DNA from: Octopus vulgaris
Lineage: Eukaryota
DNA: 64,000 nt
NCBI GenBank assembly: GCA_951406725.2
Contig: OX597825.1
Coordinates: forward strand, 72,292,001 to 72,356,000
Direction: 5' to 3'
Made by a program: the position numbers and the translations under genes. Position 1 is the first letter of the stretch. The number at the start of each line of letters is the position of its first letter. Shown piece after piece: positions 1 through 12,484 of this stretch. Below the pieces are notes generated by a model. It was not told the DNA's origin and ran no database searches. It saw only the letters and a list, made by a program, of their open reading frames with translations.

Positions 1-427
1 TTTATTTTAACTATAATTTTGGTATTTCTAAATCGTCTTCCTAAGCGATTGGAAACAGGAGTGTATTTTGATAAAATTGTAAATATATTCTCTGTGTTTT
101 GGAATGTATGAAAGTAATTATACAATATGTGTGTCTCTGTATAAAAACATTCATACTTATATATAAGTTAGACTGCTGACATGCCTGGCAAATGAGTGCC
201 CAGCACCGAAGAGATCCAATAAGATAGAAATTAATTGGTCTGGTAGTCTCGGAGGTAGCGTGACATGTGGGTTCTCCCTCGCTTGCAATGAATATCGAGT
301 ACGAAAGCGCACTGAATAAACCATTTGGAGATATGGGGTTAAAACAGCAGTATGGTCCTCTCGTAGAGAACACCCACGTTAAAGTGTCAATAAACGCTAC
401 CATTTGTGTATGTGTGTGTGCGTGCTT

Positions 428-469
<42 letters not shown>

Positions 470-605
470 GTGAGTGAGTGAGTGAGTGAGTGAGTGAGTG
501 AGTGAGTGAGTGAGGGGGCTTGGCCTAATGATTAGGTTATTGCCGTCCCGGTCGCTGGTTCGTGAGTTCCATTTCCTGACTGGGTGGTGTGTTGTGTTCG
601 TTTCG

Positions 606-649
<44 letters not shown>

Positions 650-651
<2 letters not shown>

Positions 652-1208
652 CTCTTATTCCCCACAGGTAGCTAAACATAGAGGGGACGAAAAAGGACAG
701 ACAAAAAGATTAAGTCGATTACATCGAACCCAGTACGTAACTGGTACTTAATTTATCGACTCCAGTGTGTGACCTCGGCGAGATTTGAACTCAGAACGTA
801 GCGGCAGACAAAATACCGTTCAGCATTTCGCCCGGCGTGCTAACTAACGTTTCTGCCAGCTCGTCACATTCAGAGTCGAAAGAAATACCTATTTCTTTAC
901 TACCCACAAGGGGCCAAACACAGAGAGGACAAACAAGGACAGACAAACGGATTAGGTCGATTATATCGACGCCAGTGCGTAACTGGTACTTATTTAATCG
1001 ACCCCGAAAGGATGAAAGGCAAAGTCAACCTCGGCGGAATTTGAACTCAGAACATAGCGGCAAACGAAATACCTATTTCTTTACTACCCACAAGGGGCTA
1101 AACACAGAGAGGACAAACAAGGACAGACAAACGGATTAGGTCGATTATATCGACGCCAGTGCATCACTGGTACTTTATTTATCGACTCCGAAAGGATGAA
1201 AGGCAAAG
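650..1208 (-). mobile_element. Cluster of tRNA-derived SINE family A copies (monomer plus tandem units)
   Basis: Family A has a head GGCGGCGAGCTGGCAGAAACGTTAG (A box) ... GAGTTCAAATTCC (B box) and a central GCCTTTCATCCTTTCGGGGTCGATAAA-TAAGTACCAG block resembling the Meta/MESC SINE domain. Confidence 0.85.
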
Positions 1209-1224
1209 TGAGTTGGAAGGCCAC

Positions 1225-1510
1225 TCTTGCACTTCAAAGCCAAACTAAAAAACAATCTGAAGCGATACCACATTCCTTTTCCTTCCTAGGAAAAGAAAGC
1301 TTCAGGAGGCAGGACCAAGCACCAGTCCTGCTTCTCTTCAGTTTAAAGATTTGAGCAAAGTCGACTCCAGCATCGGAACCAATTTCGTGCAAGCATGAGG
1401 GTATGCTGGCAAAAACGCTGCTCCTCAAAAATTGGAAACCCTACCTGTGATTGTGGTTTTGTGGCACAAACAAAGCAGCCCTTGCCGTCCATTCAGAAAA
1501 ACACATAGCA
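1225..1510 (+). mobile_element. Probable RTE-clade LINE C-terminal remnant
   Basis: WQKRCSSKIGNPTCDCGFVAQTK/ALAVHSEKH resembles the terminal zinc-finger region of RTE ORFs; one frameshift is needed. Confidence 0.45.
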
Positions 1511-1691
1511 AATGTTCCACTCGAACAAACTGAATCCTCAACTTGTTCCGTTCGCCAAAAACCCACAAGAGACACATTCGTATCCATCGAACATGGTTTA
1601 TTTTAACTGAATCCTCATTTGTTGTTCACGACAAGAGAATCCATCTTAATCATACATACATACATACATGCATGTCATATATATATATATA

Positions 1692-1866
1692 TTAAATTAG
1701 ATAAAACCACTATTAGACAAATCAAACAGTGAAAATCATATAAATTTAAATAATTTAAATTTTGAATTTTATATTTTATACATTTATTAATTAATTTTAT
1801 TTCTATGTATTGGTTTATGATTTTCACTGTTTGATTTGCCTAATAGTGGGTTTATCTCAAATTTAA
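1692..1866. repeat. Foldback with ~50-bp imperfect arms embedded in TA repeats
   Basis: TTAAATTAGATAAAACCACTATTAGACAAATCAAACAGTGAAAATCATA (1692-1740) matches the reverse complement of 1816-1866. Confidence 0.85.
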
Positions 1867-1945
1867 TATATATATTTATACTATAAAATTAGATTTAATC
1901 CTAGATCTAATTTTTCGCTGTAAGTTTGGATTCACTCCCTAATAT

Positions 1946-2012
<67 letters not shown>

Positions 2013-3039
2013 ATATATATAAATTTGTATTTATTATATTTACATATGTTCGTGTGTAACAGAGAGAGAGAGAGAGAGAGAGAGAAAGTGTGTGTTTGTT
2101 TATGTGTGTGTGTGTGTGCGTGTGTGTGTGTGTGCGTGCGTGCGTGTGTGTGTGTGTTTGCGTGTGTGTGTGTGTGTTTGTGTGTTTGTCTCTATTTGCC
2201 CTTCGCTGCTTGACAACAGGTATTGGTCTGCTTACATTTCACGTAACTTATGAACACAAGAAATAAATGATTCCAATTATGTCAAACTACGAAAGGCTTT
2301 GCATACAGATGATGATCAGTAACCCACACTACGCAGAGACCCTTGCAACGTTCATAAACTTCACGTTTATGCTGTTATGGTTTAGTTTAGCCTCCGTTCA
2401 GAAATGACTAATTTAGTCTATGATCAAAACGATTCAAATGTGATTATACGTTTTTTTATTTAGATAACATTTATGTAATGCTACGTTATTCAACTCGGCT
2501 TCTTATATCAGCTTATATGACGTGGTAAGGAAATTTGGCTGCATAAAAATAGTTGTGCTGAGACCGGTGGAAGTCAGAGAAAATAGCAATGAAATCAGGA
2601 AAACGTAAAATCCTTATCCCTATTGTTTGTGTGTGTGTCTGTGTGTGTATGTGCATGTGTGTGTGTCCTTGTGTTTCTATTTGCCCTCCACTGCTTGATA
2701 ACAGATGTGTGTTTGTTTACATTTCTAGTAAATTAGCCCTTTTGCAAAATGTCGCCAATGGAATAAGGATATTTTTATAATTTTCTATAATACTATAATA
2801 CAGCTTAATTTAATTCGTCCTTAGTCGAAAGACACCAGTTGTTATGTGTTGTTAATTGCATTTGTATTTGTGTAGCATTTCTCTGTTTTTTTCCGTCCTT
2901 GTTTTCATATACATTCGCTGCTTTCTTATTTTTATAATTTTCTACAAACCTTTCAAGACAGTGATCCTGCATGGTTGCACTCCAGTGAACGAAAGAACAA
3001 AAAATATAGCGGCGTACGTACACTTTGGTCTCTTATATA

Positions 3040-3074
<35 letters not shown>

Positions 3075-3796
3075 AAATTTTGTATGACTCTATTATTCTT
3101 TCTATTCTTTCATTCTTTCCTTCTTTCTGTCAGCCCTTCCACACTTCGTTCGTCCCACTCTTCGTTCTTTCGTTCCCCCTCTCTCACATTTCCTGGCCTT
3201 CTCTTCATGCTCACTTTCCCTCCCCATTCCCTACACTGTTTCTCTTTCATTTTTTCTTGCCCCTCCTTAATTCTTCTATCCCTCTGCCTCTAACTCTCTC
3301 TCTCTTCGCTTCCCACGTGACCTGTGTTCGACCAGGTTTGACCTTTTTTTCTTGGTTAGACTACCATCCGTGCAACATCTATATTCCTTCCTGTGCCTGT
3401 TAAATCTTATGTCCCTGCCGTAAGGCTTTACTTCCACACATGCCAGCTTAATTTAATTCGTCCTTAGTCGAAAGACACCTGTTGTTATGTCATGTTAATT
3501 GCATTTGTATTTGTGTAACATTTCTCTGTTTTTTCGTCCTTGTCTTCGTATATATTCGCTGCTTTCTTCCAAGGAATCTAATGCTCTTAGCTTAGTTTTT
3601 CCTTGGGGCTGGCCAGATTGGAGCAATCTCGAGTATAACCAGCCGAAATTGCAAAGATAATCTGGAACTCGACTGAGGATAGAAAACTCCGAATGACCCG
3701 TCCTGTTTTCTTTGTATCGTCTGTCTGGATGTTTTGTTGTCCCTTTTTTGTATCACCTAACTCTCTGGAAGTTTTGCGTACTCATTTTTGTGTTTT

Positions 3797-3869
3797 ATGT
3801 ATGTATGTATGTATATGTATATATATATATATATATATCTATATGTATATATATATATGTATATGTATA

Positions 3870-3914
<45 letters not shown>

Positions 3915-3917
3915 ATA

Positions 3918-3953
<36 letters not shown>

Positions 3954-3983
3954 TGTATGTATGTATATGTATATATATGCATG

Positions 3984-4036
<53 letters not shown>

Positions 4037-4208
4037 AATTAGAAATACGAGGACCATCAAAATAGCCGACAATAAACATTTATTTATAAATACCAAGATT
4101 AGTTATAAATACGGTATGTTTCTTGCTAATGAAATTGTCAAACTGTCAGTTTTATATGGTCGAAACATACTGCAGTTTGTCATATTATTAATCATTAAGT
4201 TTATGCTG

Positions 4209-4266
<58 letters not shown>

Positions 4267-4534
4267 AACTACTACAATAACTACTACTACTACTACTACT
4301 ACAAACACACAAACACACACACACATATATATATATACATGTATAGTAAACACAAGTATATGTGTATGTATGTATATATTTATGCAAGGATGGGTGGCTG
4401 TTTGGATGGGTTGATGGATGGATGGAAGCATGTATACGTATATCTATATAATTTGTGTATATGTATGTGTTTATATATATATATGCATGTACGTGTGTAT
4501 GTGCATATATACATAGCTTTAGCCATGCCCACAC

Positions 4535-4573
<39 letters not shown>

Positions 4574-4602
4574 TATATATATATGTATGTGTGTGTGTAT
4601 GC

Positions 4603-4642
<40 letters not shown>

Positions 4643-4860
4643 GGTAGGAAAGGAGAGATAAAGGAAGAATCGTGCATATGAAGTATGTGTATGTATGTGT
4701 GCTTATACACACATACCCACGCGCATGTGTGCTTACACGTGCGTGCAAACATTTCATGTATACACATACACACAATCACGCACGCAAGGACACATACACA
4801 GAGTCACACACGCACGAATACATACACGCAGTCACGCACACATGCACATAGAGAGCGCGC
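3797..4860. repeat. Compound microsatellite field (TA, TATG, CTA, CA, GGAT)
   Basis: Directly visible; source of spurious YI/MYVC/poly-L ORFs. Confidence 0.95.
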
Positions 4861-5375
4861 GCATATCTGCATATACATGCCCACATATGTGCGTATATCT
4901 GTATTAATTGTAGCCACTTGTGTTTGCCAGCCAAAGAAACATTCTGTGTGTCCCCCTTTTAGGGAAAACAACATGCCGTACTTCGTGTAGGTGGCTATTT
5001 GCTGAATGACTCTGTTGATATGCGCACGGAACCGTTGGTTGATTGTGTGGCTCAAAACGTCTGGAAACGTGATGATGATAACAGTGCGTATGTATGCCTT
5101 AAGTAATACGACGCCAGTTATCATTGGTCTTTATTAATCTCGTTTTACAGGCAGTGCTTGATACAAGGAGGGGGAAAAAAATAGAATTACGGGAAAAAAA
5201 ATAATGTGATTGATTTTTTTTTTTTTTTTTTTTTTTCTCCTCTCGATGTAATATAATTGTTCCCGGAAATATGTAGAACAATTATTTCCCCGTTATGAAA
5301 ATAAAAATAATTCACTATTGTTATTTTTTTCATATGTGTATATGTTTGTGTATGAGTTTGTATGAGAGAGAAAAG

Positions 5376-5435
<60 letters not shown>

Positions 5436-6359
5436 AAGGGATTCTGTGTCCGTATATGTTGTTGTTTTTTTGCATATAATTATGGTTTTTTATGAGTTAG
5501 ATTTTGAGAAGGTAAAAAAAAAAACAAAGACAGACAATACAGACGTAGTGAATATAGATATAACAAAGGGTAGATAGAAAGAACAACGATGAAATTAGAC
5601 AAATTTCTATCAAGGAATAAGAGTAAAAATACGTTGAAGGAGTTTAGCAGGATAGACACGTAATGAGGAATGAAATAAAATAAGATATGAAGGAAAAGAG
5701 GAATAAAATGGTTTTTGTAACTTATTTAGAGAAAGATGGCATTAAAGGGAGAGAACAATAAGTTGAGCAAAAACAAAGGAACAGAAATATCTGCAGGCGG
5801 AGGTTATGTAAAACAACGTGAAATGATGCTTGTGTATGTTTCTCTCCCACTCTCTCTCTCTTTCTCTATTTATCTATCTCCCCCTCTCTCTCTCTCTCTC
5901 GGTGTTTATTAGCGGAAGGAAAAAGTAATTAAAGATACAGAAACATTGCAGTAAGTTCGGGTATTTGTGTCATGTTACCAATCCTACACCTATCACTCTC
6001 CTCAGTGCACCCCACTATCGGTTATTAATTGACATCCCTAGGCGTAGGAGTGGCTGTGTGGTAAGTAGCTTGCTTCCCAACCACATGGTTCCGGGTTCAG
6101 TCCCGCTGCATGGCACCTTGGGCGGGCAAGTGTCTTCTACTATAGACTCGGGCCGACAAAGTGTCTGTGTTTGTCCCCCAACATCGCTTGGCAACCGATG
6201 CTGGTGTGTTTACGTCCCCGTATCTTAGCGGTTCGACAAAAAAGACCGATAGAATAAGTACTATTCTTACAAAGAATAAGTCCTGGGGTCGATTTGCTCG
6301 ACTAAAGGCGGTGCTCCAGCATGACCACAGTCAAATGACTGAAACAAGTAAAAGAGTAT

Positions 6360-7760
6360 CCCGTCTCTGTATGTTTTATGTGCCGAGAACAACGAGGTTC
6401 AGCTTCGAGTACTCAGGTTTCTGTGTACGAGTTCTATCTTGGTCAACTGTGCAAATCCTAACTGCGTGATCCGTACTGTTGAAAGTGTCATCCTACACAT
6501 TCCTTGTCAACTAAACTAATATATAACTTATATAGATACGATATGGATAAATATGATGCTACTACTCCACATGGTACTTCCTGGAAATCGAGCCTATATC
6601 AGTCAGACAGTTGGAAACATAAGAGCAGGTTTGCGAGACTTTTACACCCCCCCACTCTCTTACTGGTTATCCTCACACAATCCATTCCGATAGACCACTT
6701 AAGATGCCATTCCAATCGCTCGCTAGTACTTAAGGGCAAGTCATTCCTAAGAGCACTTCCAAATATCTAAAGAAACCTAGTTATCGCATTCATGTTCGAG
6801 AATATATGGCTCCTAATGGGAAGTAAAAATTCAGGACCATCGATTTGCCATTCTATTCCAGAAAGATCAGCACTATATTGAGATCAAGACTTCTCAGGAA
6901 CAACAGTACTACTCCAACTCCTATTCCAGGCCGGCTCAGAGACACAAATTTCTCCTTGCAGCCAATCAAAGATGAACGGTTGTATGCTTGTATTGGAAAT
7001 TTAGTTCTCGCTGACTGCTTGCTGCCACATACATATCTAGCAAACTGAGGCCATTCAGCAGATGACGTTGTTTCCAAAGTAACTCCAGGTCGCATGTATT
7101 TATATATTCCTATTCTGATTACGGGTGGAGACGCGTGGCTTAGTGGTTAGGGTGTCAGCATCATGATTGTAAGATTGTGGTTTTGATTCCTGGACCGGAT
7201 AACGCGTTGTGTTCTTGAGCAAAACACTTCATTTCACGTTGCTCCAGTCCACTCAGCTGGCAAAAATGAGTAACGCTGCGATGGACTGGTGTCCCATCCA
7301 ACTTGGGAACACATACGCCACGGAAACCGGGAAATCGGGCCCATGAGCCTGGCTAGGCTTTAAAAGGACGCATTTATTATTATTGTTTTACCCTGATTAA
7401 GGCCTTGTTGGTCGATGGGAAAAGAGCTTGAGAGGTTACTCACTTTGGTTTTAAAGAAATCCGGTCAATTCAGTCTCGTCAGTTGAGTAGGGTTCCTCGA
7501 GAACCCCACGTACAAGATTATAGTGCACCCTGTTCACAAGGGAATTTAATCTTTAGGCTACTGTAGGAGTCCTCTGCTAATTTGAGTTAATATTTTGGTG
7601 TCAATATTATTTAGGACCCCGTCCTTTTGTTTGTACTTTGATTTCAAATAGATTTTGTTCCATGTACTCCGTTAATACTTTGTACTTCTTGCGAGGAACA
7701 GTGAAGTTAATGGCTGACGTTTCGAGTGCGTTTGGTTATATTTTGTGAGTGTGCTTGGTA
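6360..7760 (-). mobile_element. Probable decayed Penelope-like element 3' part (GIY-YIG-like remnant), interrupted by a SINE
   Basis: Frameshifted IYKY-C...YFG-like remnant near 7110-7050, with hammerhead-like half motifs at ~7712-7726 and 6469-6513. Highly degenerate. Confidence 0.4.
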
Positions 7761-8421
7761 TTATTGAGTGAAGGCGCATGGCTTAATGGTTAGGGTATTT
7801 GACTCACGGTCGCAAGGGCATGAGTTCGATTCCCTACAGCTCATTCTTTTCTTGAGCAAGAAACTTTATTTCACATTGCTTCAGCCCACTTAGCTGGCAA
7901 AAATGAATAGTACCTGTATTTCAAAGGGCCATTATTATGAGATTCTGTGTCACGCTGAATCTTTCTGAGAACTACGTTAAGGGTTTGCGTGTCTGTGGAG
8001 TGCTCAGCCACTTGCGCGTTAATTTCACGAGCAGGCTGTTCCGTTGATCGGATCAACTGGAACCCTGGTCGTCATAACCAATGAAGTGCCAGTAGTTAGC
8101 ATTGTTGGTGTATTGGTGTGGTTGTAGATGTGCTAGTGTTGGTGTTGGTGGTGTGACTGTATGATTGTTGTAGGGTTCTGTATCTCCTCATCCACCCTAT
8201 TTTTTCTGAGACGACGCTTTTCCTTTTTACTTGTTTCGCTTCCCACCTACAAAGTCACATGATGACGCTTTCGATTTGACCTCGTCACACAATGACATTT
8301 TGAACTCATCATTGTCTATAGTAGAAAGGAAATCTATGTCTGTATATATATATGTGTGTTTATATAGTCTTGCGTCTTGGTGGACGTCTATGGAGAGGGT
8401 CTCTTTAAGATAAGATAATGT

Positions 8422-8841
8422 CGGCGAGCTTGCAGAAACGTTAGCACGCCGGGCGAAGTGCTTAGCGGTATTTCGTCTGCCTCTACATTCTGAGTTCAAA
8501 TTCCGCCGAGGTCGACTTTGCTTTTCATCATTTTGGGGTCGATTAAATAAGTACCAGTTTCGCAGTGGGGTCGATGTCATCGACTTAATCCGTTCGTCTG
8601 TCCTTGTTTGTCGTCTCTGTGTTTAGCCCCTTGCGGATAGTAAAGAAATAAGTATTTCATCTGCTGTTACGTTCTGAGTTCCAATTTTGCCGAGGTCGAC
8701 TTTGCCTTTCATCCTTTCGGGGTCGATAAAATAAGTACCAGTTACGCACTGGGGTCGATGTAATCGACTTAGTCGACTTAATCCCTTGGTCTGTCCTCGT
8801 TTGTCCCCTCTATGTTTAGCCACTTCTGGGCAATAAAGAAA
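8422..8841 (+). mobile_element. SINE family A dimer with one target-site duplication
   Basis: Two units joined at AAAGAAATAA|GTATTTC and flanked by TAAGATAAG(A/G)TAATGTCGG at 8406-8424 and 8842-8860. Confidence 0.9.
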
Positions 8842-9644
8842 TAAGATAAGGTAATGTCGGTGATACAGTCTTCATGCGCTGGTGTGATGATGTCTGTTGC
8901 TGTTGTTGAGGCAAAGTCTTTGTTTCTCTTCTTTTAGGTGGTAATTGCAGCTGTTGTTGCTGTTGCTGTTGCTGATGCTGATATTGTAGTTGTTTCTGTT
9001 GTTGCTTTTCTTGCTCCTGTGACAATGGCGTTCGCAGTAGTTAAGGGTCTTCCTCTCCCTTTCCATTGTTATGGACAGAAAGGTCTTTGATGATTTTTGG
9101 GGTTTCTGCTCTCAACCGCAACGAACAATGGGCTCATCAGGTCAGGGATGACAATCACGCTCGCTTGAGTTGTTTGGATCAATAAGTCAATCTCTGTGCC
9201 CACCAAATTTTCTTTCACAGTTAGTGGACTTAAAATATGATCGTTTCCTAACATTCGCAGAAGTGATAGTGGTGGTGGCAGTGGCGAAGGTGGTGGTGCC
9301 GGCGACGGTGATGATGGTTGGGTGGTGGCGGTGGCGGCAGTGGTTATGATAATGGCGGCAGTGGTGGTGGTAGCGGCAGTACTAGCGGCGACTAAGGCGA
9401 TGGCCATGCTGGTTATGACAATCTTCCTGGTGGTAGTGGCAAGGGTGGACGTGGTGATTGACTTGGTGATGGTGGACGTGTTGGTGGTGGCGGTGGTGTT
9501 ACTATATATATTTCAGTGGTGGTGTTCTGCTGTCCTTTTCACGTGTTTCCTGTTTATTCGAATCCGGGGCATAAAATGTCTCCAAAAGACATGGACCAAT
9601 TTTTTTAATATATACATCTAGAAATAGAGAAAACAGAAACCCCT

Positions 9645-9915
<271 letters not shown>

Positions 9916-10284
9916 ACGACAACGACAATGGCGGCGATAATGATGATGATGATCCTTCCTTATTTCTTTATTGCTCAGAAGGGGCTAAACATTGAGGGGA
10001 CAAACAAGAACAGAGAAAGGGATTAAGTCGATTACATCGACCCCAATGCGTGACTGTTACTTAATATAAATTAAGTACCCCGAAAGGATGAAAGGCAAAG
10101 TCGACCTCGGTGGAATTTGAGCTCAGAATGTAATGGCAGACGAACTACCACTAATCATTTCGCCCGGCGTGCTAACGTTTCTGACAGCTCACCACCATCA
10201 GTCTTAAAGCATGTAGATACGTCTTGCTTGTCCTTTTTGTCTTAGGAACAAGGCCACGCAGTTTTGAGAATATAATTTTAAGCC

Positions 10285-10420
10285 CTTCGTTCCCTATAAA
10301 GTATAGGCTATCGACGGCTTGTCACCGTAGTTCTCGACTCTGGGCTATCTTACTACTTCTTTCCAGCTGGATCCCTGCTTTAATCTTTATGGATGTTACT
10401 GCGTCGTCCCACATATTTCC
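10285..10420 (-). mobile_element. Probable RTE-type LINE extreme 3' remnant
   Basis: The minus strand resembles W..L...AQxR..WR..VDxL (WKEVVR*/AQSRELR*QAVDSLY). Confidence 0.4.
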
Positions 10421-11028
10421 ACGAGGGAAGGCCATCCTTTCTCAGGTATGGTTGCTTTTGAACTATCATCGATGATTCTGTAACTTTGCTTTATTCTTCT
10501 AGGTTGGAGCGTTGACCCTATTTAAACCTATTTTCATTCCTGGGAAGAGTTGGTCAACACTAGTTCGGCCTCTTTCTTTGACCAGTTCAGCGTGACAGGT
10601 CCTACAAGGTGCTTGTGTTTCACTGGCATAGCTCTCAAGGTGATTGAGCCATACTAGGTACGAAACCAAATCAAGGACTGGACATTGTAGATTGGTATAA
10701 GTGATATAATCGAACCATTTATAGAATAGGAATCTCTTTCTTTTTTTTTTTTTTTTTTTTTTTTTTACCAATTCCTGATGTAAATACCAAATCAAACTCA
10801 GCAGAAACGAAATTAGTGCACAAACAAGAAAATCAAAGAGTTACAAGTAAACAATTGCAAACCATATCGTCCATTGCAAAACCAATTCCCATAATCCAAC
10901 GTTCTTAATCAAGTAAATAATAATATTAAAGAAATTAATTTGATGACGTTAATTATCTCAATCTATCTCAGTGCAGAAATAAAACTTGAAAAATCATAAA
11001 CATGTTTGTCTGTTGACAAGAGATTGGA

Positions 11029-11059
<31 letters not shown>

Positions 11060-11186
11060 AAAAAATATATAATTGAAGCCTGTTCCAGGATATACAATTT
11101 TGATTCGGACGAAAATTATCTTCATTAATTTTATTGGATATTAATATTTATATATTTGTGCGTTGTGTGGCGAAGTAGATACACAC

Positions 11187-11252
<66 letters not shown>

Positions 11253-11587
11253 ATGTGTATATATACGTATGCGTGTATGTATGTATGAGTGCGTGTGTGT
11301 TTGTGAGAGAAGTATTTTGATGGTCGTGTATATAGTTGTGAGCATGTATGGTCGAGTATTACTGTCCCTACCATTTCTTTCTTATTATTACCACTCACTC
11401 ATTTGTTTTTTTTTTAACATCCATTATAGTTTCTGCTGAGAACATTGAATAGCAGAGGCATTTTTATGTATACATAACAACTCATATGCATACACAGGAA
11501 CATACAAACACACACTCACACAGGTATATGCATAGCAGTATATTTATTCGCATACATATTTACACATACACACACACATATATATAC

Positions 11588-11660
<73 letters not shown>

Positions 11661-11807
11661 TATAAATAAGTTAATATATATTAGATAGATAGATAGATAA
11701 AACCTACTTGAAAAAGGATGCGTGGCGTTCGATCATATAATAATATAAATAATATATAAATATATACATATATACATAATGTACATATATGTATGTATAT
11801 ATGCATA

Positions 11808-11858
<51 letters not shown>

Positions 11859-12445
11859 TTATATATATATATATATATATATATGTAGATATCTATATTT
11901 TTTTAAGAGGTCGAATGTGAATTAATTCGTCCTTTAATGAGAGTAGTTTCCAAGAGATTTCTAACATTGTCTCTTCATAATTTTATTTTAATTGTGTATT
12001 AAAATAAAAAATAAATTTTACGTTGTATAAAATTTATGTAATGCAATATTCAACACGGTTGATAAAGTGGTTAGCTGTGTTTATAAAATCAAAGTTTGAC
12101 AGTCTGTTCTGAGTTTCGCTCCGGGCTGAGGTATTCGCGACTGTGGGGTAGAATATTTTTTCATTTTGTATAAGGGTGTGTTGGCTTTGCAAGGGTGTGT
12201 AAATGTAGGTAAGGTGAAAAGAAACAATGAAGGCTTTTTTTTTAAAGATATAGAGATTGTGATGGAAACATTTCTCTTTTACGTTTTAACGTCTTCCTCT
12301 CAGACTGTGACCATGCTGGAGCACCGCCTTGAACAATTTTTAATCGAATGTATTAAACTAGATACTTAGTCTATCGGTCTCTTTTGCCGAACCACTAAGT
12401 TGCGGGGGACATAAATGGAATAACACAGGTTATCAAGTGATGGTG

Positions 12446-12484
<39 letters not shown>

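Noticed and set aside
41-679. 212-aa minus-strand ORF, the longest in the track
   Set aside because: It is stitched together from TA, GTGA and CA microsatellites and SINE fragments, with no domain-like content.
9105-9145. Minus-strand CTGATGA...GAAA hammerhead-like core
   Set aside because: No convincing stem I, II or III pairing.
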